From: Octopus sinensis
Lineage: Eukaryota
Length of the DNA stretch: 57,811 nucleotides
Reading direction: 5' to 3'
Assembly (NCBI RefSeq): GCF_006345805.1
Contig: NW_021833590.1
Span: 1-57,811, forward strand
Part shown: piece by piece, positions 49,205 through 57,811 of the stretch
Position numbering within the stretch: the first letter of the stretch is position 1
Layout: each line of letters starts with the position of its first letter
The notes under the pieces: generated by a model
Seen by the model: the letters and a program-made list of their open reading frames with translations, nothing else
Database searches by the model: none
Told to the model about the DNA's origin: nothing
Translations under genes and position numbers: made by a program

Positions 49205-49400
49205 TTGTAACGGTTATGATGCACTTACGTCCGGCGAAATTACTTAGCTGTTTTTCGTCCGTCCTTACTTTCTGAGTTCAAATTACAGAAAAGTCGACTT
49301 TGCTTTTCATCCTTTGAGGGTCGATGATGTAAGAACTAGTTGAGCAACGGGTCCAATGTTATCGACTTAACTCCTGGGTCTGAAAAATTGTATCCCTTTG
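49205..49400 (+). mobile_element. SINE family B
   Basis: cttagctgtttttcgtccgtccttactttctgagttcaaatt..gtcgactttgcttttcatccttt. Confidence 0.75.
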
Positions 49401-49844
49401 CCAAGCCATGTCGAGGCAGTGTGGAAGAGTACGCTCATGAAAACAGTATGATCTCAAGCTCAAATTCAAGACCTTCACATCAGACCGCGGTTGGTGAAGA
49501 GAACATGTTGAAGCCTTAGTCCTACAGAGAACTGTACATGGGCAATCTAATCCAATCCCAGATGCGCTATGTTGATATCACTAAATATAATGTACTAATA
49601 GTCATTGATAATAAGTTTAATAGAAGCTGCATCTGATTGAGTTGAGAAGGCTGCATTTGAAGAAAGGCTGCGAGTTGCACAAATGGTTTCAGGATTGTCA
49701 GAAATAGATTAACAGAAGAAATGGTTCATAGTTAACAGTTTTTAGTCAATTGTCACCTCTTTTATTCATAAATTCGGGTTGGAGGCAGATGAGAAATGTT
49801 GGTCAGTGAATTTTTGTAAACTGCTTACTACTTACTAATTGATG

Positions 49845-50162
49845 CGAAAGTAGCATTGGCACTCCGTCGGTTGTGAGGAGAAGTGTTCCAGTTTATACAT
49901 TAACGAAATAACCTGCTCGTGAAATAAAGGTAAACATGGCCGCGCTGTCCACAGACACACGCACCCTTAAAGTAGTGCTCAGAGAGATTGAGTGAGACAC
50001 ACAGAAAATAACAAGGCTGGCTCATTGAAATACACGTACGACATTTGTCAGCCGAGTGGACTGAAGCAATTTGAAATAAAGTATCTTGCTAAAAGACACC
50101 ACGCAGTGACTGGTTTCGATCGGGAGCCGAATCTTCTAGCGACAAAGCCACACGTCTTCGCA
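49845..50162 (-). mobile_element. Degenerate tRNA-derived SINE
   Basis: Minus strand head gaagacgtgtggc..cgatcgaaacc, then gtgtcttttagcaagatactt..cagtccactcggctg. Confidence 0.55.
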
Positions 50163-50686
50163 GTAAATGGAGGAAAACAGTTATAAAGGCTCGCGAGAGA
50201 TTTGCTATGATGACAAGATAGCTGGCATTGGTAACTAGTTGACGGAAAAGGAAGGAGAGGGAGAGAGAGAGAGAGAGAGGGGAGAGATAAAGAAAAGAGA
50301 GAAAGAGGGGAGAGAGAGATTGGTTGGAGAATGAGACATATGAACTTTCTGACAGTTCTGTGGAAAGAAAGGATATTTTGTTAGAAGTTCCTTGTAATTA
50401 AACCTGTCTCCGATTTGGAACTGGCTCAGCAACAACAGAAGTTTGGTGAGGAATGGGACAGATAACATTGATAAATTCAGAGTGAAAGTCTAGAGAACAA
50501 TGGTAAAAAGCTTGCAGAAACATTCAGGTTGTAGTTTCGATTCTTGGTCAAAATTTCATAATTCATTTACTACACTTCTTTGCGATTTGAGGCCGATTTT
50601 ACTGCTATTTTTCAAACAGTTGAGCAGACGCTTTGAAATTCTTCCAAGAACATTTTCAAGCTCACCAGACCGGGAGTCTAACTCAC

Positions 50687-50745
50687 CTCGAAACCGATCC
50701 GTTGTTAGTAACTGTTATCCACAGCGCTAGAGTATCACGTGACAT
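50687..50745 (-). promoter_or_regulatory. Candidate promoter / short first exon of a minus-strand gene
   Basis: TCACGTGA E-box (50735-50742) followed on the minus strand by ~45 nt and a consensus donor GAG|GTGAGT at 50687/50686; non-repetitive context. Confidence 0.3.
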
Positions 50746-51462
50746 TATTTGACTTTAGACATTAACAAACATGAAGTAAGATCTCTCCAAGAAAATTATT
50801 TCGTTATCACCACGGGGTTTCTTCACCGATATTTAGTATTCATGAGAAACACACTCAAACACAATACCGAGATGATAAATAAACAACAAGGCAAACATAT
50901 ACCGAACAAATAGCAGCGGAAATTTCAACCCCTTTCCCTGTTTCTCCTAAGTATTGACCCTACATTTAGGAAATTTATTCATTCTGTGTAATCATTAGGC
51001 ACCTCACTCTCTCCTAAAACAATTTACGAAAGCTGATGGCTTTCAGTTAGATATTCTTTCACGTTCCTTCGTTTGTTTTATGACTTCTTAGAAAATGTGC
51101 GTAACGTAATGCTGTTAAAATCTCGCGGGAACGGACTGTGTAATGACGAGTTTCGATAAACGATAATTGTTGAATTAGTAGATTCGATAAAAACATCAGC
51201 TCTGATTTCCAGCTCTCTCTATAAATACGTGTGTGTGTGTATGTGTGTGTGTATGTGTGTATGTATGTGTGTGCTTGCGTGTTTGTGTGCGTGCTCATGT
51301 GTGTGTGTGCTTGTGTGCGTGTGTGCATGTGTGTAAGTCGTATGTATGTATGAATGTATGTATGCATAGTCGGATGGATGGATGGATACAAGGATGTAAG
51401 TATGCATGTATATATTCACGTATGTCTTGGTGTATATACGTACGTGGGTGCTTAAGTGTTAA

Positions 51463-51516
<54 letters not shown>

Positions 51517-51518
51517 AT

Positions 51519-51552
<34 letters not shown>

Positions 51553-51701
51553 GATAGATAGATTGATAGATAGATAGATAGATAGATGCGTATATATATA
51601 TGAATGCGTATATCTACATGTGCATAGATAAATGCATATATATACATATATATACATATACATACACACACACACACACATATATATATTTTTACCTCAT
51701 A

Positions 51702-51736
<35 letters not shown>

Positions 51737-52259
51737 GCACACACACACATGTATACACAAAAATATGTGTATTTGTCAATGTGTATGAATAACAAGGAAA
51801 AATAAATATATATACAACTAAAATCTGTAGTCGAATGTTATTCGTAATGCAACTTAGCTTGGTTTCTTTTAGCAACAAAATAAATAACGGTGATATTTGT
51901 ATTTAGTAAGACTCTTCCTGACTACAGACAAAAACCAAACACCATTGGTGCACTAGCGTATCAAAGTATCACCGAGACAGAAAAACATAAGTTTATAAGT
52001 ATTCTTGTCTGTGTTTTAAATTTTTTATGAGTAACTAGCAAGGGACTCTTCTGTATGCTCGAAATAGCTATTAAATCTCCGGCTAATCATATTCTACCAT
52101 CTTAAAAGTAAAAAGAAGATCAGATTATTGAATGTATTCTAAGAAGAACTGTCTGGAAAAAAGAAGAGATGCTCACTGCTGGAAATTTTCTGGTCCCTAA
52201 GTTTCCTCAATGAAAGGCGACGTGGTCCCATAAATGAGCAATGGCATGAACTCTTTAGA

Positions 52260-53220
52260 AACTTGGTAAGCGTGGCAAGCGCGGATGTTCTGGGTTCAGT
52301 CTCAATGCGTGGAACATTGGGCAAGTGTCTTCTACTATAGCCTCGGGCAAACCAAAGCCTTGTGGGTAGATCTGATAGAGGCAACCTGAAAGAAGCCCAT
52401 CGTGCATACACGTTGTTTGTGTGTATGCGCGTGTGTTTGTGTCTGTGTTTGTCCCCTTCCACGACTTGACAACCGCTGTTGGTATCTTTACGTCGCCGTA
52501 ATCTCGCAGTTCGCCAAAAAGTGTCCGATTGAAAATTACCATGCTTAAAAACAAAAACACAGAAAAACAAGTAATGGGGTCAATTCATCCGAGTAAAAAC
52601 TCTTCAAGGCGGTGCTCCAGCATGGCCGAAGACTGATTACTGATAAAGGACTAAAAGATAATCGAGAATATTTGTAATAAGAAACAATACAAAGCAGTTT
52701 CATCATTGAGGTGAAGGCGGAGAAATGCTTAGCGCTGTTTCGTCTGTCTTTACGTTCTAATTTCAAATTCCGCCGGGGTCAACTTTGCTTACCAACCACA
52801 TGGTCCCGGGTTCAGTCCCACTGCGTGGCACCTTGGGCAAGTGTCTTCTACAATAGCTTCGAACCGACCAAAGCCATGTGATGAATTTCGTAGACGGAAG
52901 ATGAAAGAAGCCCGTCGTATATATATATATAAATGGCGGTGCCCCAGCATGGGCACCTAGAATTGAAACTAGAATCAATCAATCAATCAATATATATGCG
53001 CGCGCGTGTGTGTATGTGTTTGTGTGTCTGCGTTTGACTCACGACCATCGCTTGACAACCGATATTAGTGTGTTTATGTTCTCGTAACTTAGCGGTTCGG
53101 CAAAAGAGACCAATAGAATATGTAATATAGGCTTACAAAGAATACGTCCTGCGGTCAATTTCTTCGACTCAAGGCGGTGCTCCAGCATGGTCAAAGCCAA
53201 TTGACTGAAACAAACAAAAG
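52260..53220 (+). mobile_element. Cluster of family A and B SINE pieces
   Basis: A (52260-52640), B head fused to A body (52700-52960), A 3' half (53000-53220). Confidence 0.82.
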
Positions 53221-53944
53221 AAAAAAATGAATAAATAAATAACGGTGTTAACTACTTCTGGTCAATATGGGATTTGAAGTTATCATTACAACCTAATGAC
53301 CGGCCTTGTGATGGTCTGCCCTTGGGCCGGTTTTGTGCATGTGAACCTTGTCCAGCGTTTCCTATACGACCTTGAAGGGCTCGTACCTTTCCCTGTTGAC
53401 GTTAAGTAGATTACTGGTACTTGGGTTACCATGACTAAACTTGGGATAAATATTGAATTGGTTCCCTGCTTTCTTCTTCAGGCAGGGGGAAATTGAACTG
53501 GGAACGTGGAGAACTGGGAGATATTCCGTAAAGCATTTTTTCCGACGCTCAAATGATTCTGCTACTCCCCTAGCCGCAGAGTAATGTGAAATTATGTTTT
53601 TCTCAATAACACAAAGCGCTGCCAGCTCCAGGAATCGAACCCGTGATATAACGATTGTTAATGCAATACCCTAACCCCTAGATCACGTGCCTTCACGCTC
53701 TAATGACACGCTTGAGTAATTACACACAAATTAGTGATTTCGTATTTTATTCATAAAGTATTTAAATAACAAAAACAAATAAATATATCTGTCAAGGGAA
53801 AAACAAATATCATCTGTTATGGTTTGCGTGTTTCCGTCATTATTGGACTTCTGCGAAAATGCTGGAGAACCATTTTGAAGTGTTTAGCCGAACCGAACAT
53901 ACTTAATCCAGTACTTATTTTAAAACCGGTAATTATTTTATCGG

Positions 53945-54138
53945 TTTTTATTTTCACGACACGCACGTTAACAGGACATAAACAAACCAACGCCGGTTGT
54001 TAAGCGGTTGCGGTGGATAAACACAAAACAGACACATGTACACACACATAGATATATAGGTACATACATACAGACATACATACATACATCTATACATACA
54101 TAAGCACACGCGCACACACATGCACATATACAGATATG

Positions 54139-54193
<55 letters not shown>

Positions 54194-54295
54194 GACAGTC
54201 TTCTTTCCGTTTCTGTTTGCCAAATCCACTCACAAGGATTTGGACGACCCGGTGTTATAGTAGAAGAGAGTTGCATACGTGCTGCGCAGTGTGAC
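53945..54295 (-). mobile_element. SINE family A, diverged
   Basis: caaatccactcacaagg..tatagtagaaga in reverse orientation. Confidence 0.75.
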
Positions 54296-54322
54296 CTGAA
54301 AATCCTCAATATATATATACAG

Positions 54323-54788
54323 TATATACGAGCAAAACGCCCCACGTCCAATGGACGGTGCTGAGTTGTCGAGAAAAACTGTTTTAACCTAAATTTGAGG
54401 CACCAGCAAAAGAAGAAATAAAGATAGACTTCCTTCCTTCATGCCAAGTTAGAAGAAAGTATCTCTTTTGCATCTTACTTTTTTGGTCTCTTAAATATAT
54501 TCGCATTTTGTGGCATTATTTCAAGCCATCCGGCTTCTTTTGCGCAAACTGAACGTGCTTTTTTCTCGCGTACGCGTAGTATCGATCGCAACAGCTGATG
54601 TACTTGCGCGTACAAATGCACGTTCCCACGGCTTTATCGATCACATTCTCACCTGGAATCGATTTTTTGTAATTCTTTCAAGACTTATACACGCCATGAT
54701 ACCGTCGGTATCTACATATCAAATTTGAGCGCAATCGGATGGAAGATGCCCGAGATCCTAGAACACAGAGCGGATTTTATATAAAGAT
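54323..54788 (+). mobile_element. Non-autonomous Helentron/DINE-1-like (HINE) element, copy 2
   Basis: Starts tatatacgagcaaaacgccccacgtccaatggacg, ends ggattttatataaagat; homologous to 8522-9096. Confidence 0.55.
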
Positions 54789-55330
54789 ATTTCTCGCTTT
54801 CATTTCTGACACGTACAGAAGATAGATCCTACCATGTGTCAAAAAATAAAGTTTCACTAGCGAAAAGTCTATCGACGTTGTAAACATACCGGAATAATAG
54901 CAATCAAAGCACCAATTTAAGCATACAGAAATGTCTAGTTGTTAGCATAGAAAGATAGAATGCAAAGTTAAATGCCATTAACAGAATGAACTGTAAAATA
55001 CCGGAAGTCAATATATTTGGCGTATGGTGCATTAAAATAAAAGGTTGAAGTTGTGAAAGGGATAGTATGAAAGAATATGTTTAATCTATACCGAAAATTA
55101 TGTTTTTAATTATTCAAGAAGGGAAGGAAACTCCACTAACGAAGCTCGAAAATGCACAAACAGATCCGGAGTTATTTTCCGTAACTGACATAAAGCTCAT
55201 AACGAAATTAGTTATCGACTAATATTAGTTTTTCTCACCTAATATTTTATTCTATTTTAAGCGTTTTAACACTCCATGAATTAAATATGATGGCGTTCAT
55301 TCGGTTACAATTTTTCATGCATATAGCACC

Positions 55331-55372
<42 letters not shown>

Positions 55373-56274
55373 CATTATTATTAGTAGTAGTAGTAGCAGT
55401 AGTATGACCGTCTGCCTGGCAAGCTTCGCTTGACTTCGCCCCGTGGATTTTATAAGGGAAAAACACAAAATACTGTATTTGCACTCTTCAAATTTGTATC
55501 GTCGTGGTCAAGTTAATAGCTGTCGAGTGGTGAGTTCATTGTCCTGTTTTGCCCCCCCCCAGGTTTGGGGGGACATTTCAATTGATTATATTTTGCAATC
55601 ATAGTTGCTTGCGTTTTCCCCAGCGACACGGAGAAAACACAACAAAACTCGGTGACGCTCATATGTGAGAGAAGGCGAGAGAGTGAGGAGTGTCACTAGT
55701 GAGAGAGAGTGTGAGTGTGGCAAACGAATTAGCACTGAAAAAACCCAATTAGCGCTAAAATGGAAACAGCAAAATAAAACAAACAAACAAAATAAAAAAA
55801 AACAGACGATGACTGTATTTTTGTTGAAGGAAAGAAGGAAAAAGACACAAGAGCCAAATTTTTCGAGAAAGATCTTTTAGAAGATGTTCGGAAAAACAAG
55901 GGGTCCGTTTTCGACAACATTATTCGAAATAAAAACGGCAATTTGGAAAATGTAAACAGTGGGAGCCCTTTTGTGAGCGAACCAGTAACAGCAAGAACAA
56001 TCGCAACAACCACATCAGCAGTTCCATCATCAACAACAACAATAGCAACAACTACTACTACAACAACGACAACAACATAAACGGCAGCAACAAAAACAAC
56101 ATCAAGGATAAAAGCAACGAAGAAACTATAATTTTGTTAGTCTTGTTTATACAACACACACTCACACTCTACACACATTCTTTGTTTTTCCTGTCCATAA
56201 TGTTTTTCTTAATGTAAACTCTTATTGTTAATAAATAAATCTTCCTCCCCCTCCTCCTCACCCTCATTATTATT

Positions 56275-56292
56275 ATTATTATTATTATTATA

Positions 56293-56341
<49 letters not shown>

Positions 56342-56370
56342 GTATTATTTAGTAGTAGTAGTAGTAGTAA
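56275..56370. repeat. (ATT)n/(GTA)n microsatellite
   Basis: Direct run. Confidence 0.9.
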
Positions 56371-57707
56371 TACTATTGTTGTTGCCGTCGTTGTGATGGC
56401 ACCTTGTATTATTTAATTTCTATGCTTATTAATTATATAACATTCCTCTCATAAGCGCCGTGATGGTTTAATGACGAATTAAAAAAAAAACAACCTAATT
56501 TTTATTCCCGACTGACAGATTTTCACCATATTTATGTTCTACTCTCCCTGTGATGAGAATGTGTGAATAACATAGGTTCATACTAAACTTTCTTCCTTCG
56601 CAACATAACGGGTTTTTGTATCTAACAATAACCATACTAAATGCAATGATAAATGTGGATTTTGAATGCTAAAGTTTGATTTCTTTCGTGTGATGATTAT
56701 GGTGGGAAAAATATTCGATGCCTTTGATGATCATGTCTTGGTGTTGCTAAAGGAGATAAATTTCTGAATCAACAAGAAAAGGAGATTTAAAATATTTTTA
56801 ATGTCTCTTTCACTACACCGAAAAAATTGTCTGTTGGCTGGACAGATCACTGTCAATACTCGTTGCAATGATGATAAGAACCTACCAATTCATAAATATT
56901 CTTTCCTATATGAATCATACCGCCTTTCCCTTCGCTACAACACTATGTGTGCAAGCCTCATTCACAGGTAACTCAAACAACTCATGCCACAAAAACCTGA
57001 ACGAATTCCATGTTCAAAGACTTTCAAGATCATCTCCGAATGGGGCCATACCAACTTTACTTCTTCTACAATTTTGCATCAAGCCGATTCCCTTATTCTG
57101 CGCAGTGGTTGATCATGTTTTTTGTTCTTCGTATCTGGAGGGAATCCTGAATTTCGCAACAAATGCCAGGCCACTGATTATCATTCCTGGCAATCTGACT
57201 TTCTCTACGTTGTAAATACTGCTTCAATCTTAATCTTCAGGGCCAGAAAATTATTTAAGCTCGCCGCAGCTACTTATATTCTACAAATTTCGAGTAATAA
57301 CCACAATGGAATACAGCTACCACGTTTTGGACAGTGCTGTTACAAACAGTAGAATTTAAGACTGCATCGAAAAACAAACAAATGAAAACCTATCCAACCC
57401 TTATGTATTAATTCACTCACCATTCTCTGACCCACGGACTAGTTGTCTTCTTACTCTGTCTTTTCTACTACTGCTAGAGTGGTCTCTATTTTTCGTATCC
57501 ATCCGACCGATCCATCCTGACTAAATTTTTTTAAACAAGTGAATAAGGGATTAAAAGGATTAAAAATTACAGATCTCCGTCTTATCTCGCTCTACGGAAT
57601 GTTTGTTGGTAGTCACTGAGGCGGGAAAGCGTAGTGAAAGACTGTTTACGACTGAGAGACATCGGCTTTGGGACGGATCACATTTTTTGCTTTCATTTTT
57701 GTTGTTT

Positions 57708-57746
<39 letters not shown>

Positions 57747-57811
57747 CTAGGAGTGATTGCTGGGAAAAAGCAAGCTGCGATCCGAGCGTTGATTGATTGA
57801 GTGACGTCGTT

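Overview
AT-rich, repeat-saturated animal genomic DNA. The SINE families, microsatellite load and LINE types point to a coleoid cephalopod (Octopus); this is inference from recognised repeats. No host protein-coding gene can be called with confidence, and almost all ORFs in the track are microsatellite read-throughs or transposon fragments. Supported content: one intact tRNA-Leu(CAG) gene (27450-27533); a decayed Tx1/L1-clade LINE (5548-7815); two head-to-head CR1-group LINEs (19792-22350 minus, 23446-25812 plus) plus a 3' fragment; an R4/Dong-clade 3' end sitting in (TAA)n; three mariner remnants; a Penelope GIY-YIG remnant with a near-canonical minimal hammerhead ribozyme; Helentron/DINE-like non-autonomous elements; many tRNA-derived SINEs of at least three families; and an unusual density of fold-back (long inverted-repeat) elements. 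The most interesting signal is a two-copy fold-back family (11769-12068, 31199-31580). Its loop folds as a type I hammerhead with apparent covariation between copies but a non-canonical cleavage triplet, and the loop has opposite polarity relative to a shared flanking extension in the two copies. Other notable items are a ~180-bp inverted templated insertion inside a CR1 ORF2 and a spacerless 1.2-kb palindrome that is probably a long-read artefact.
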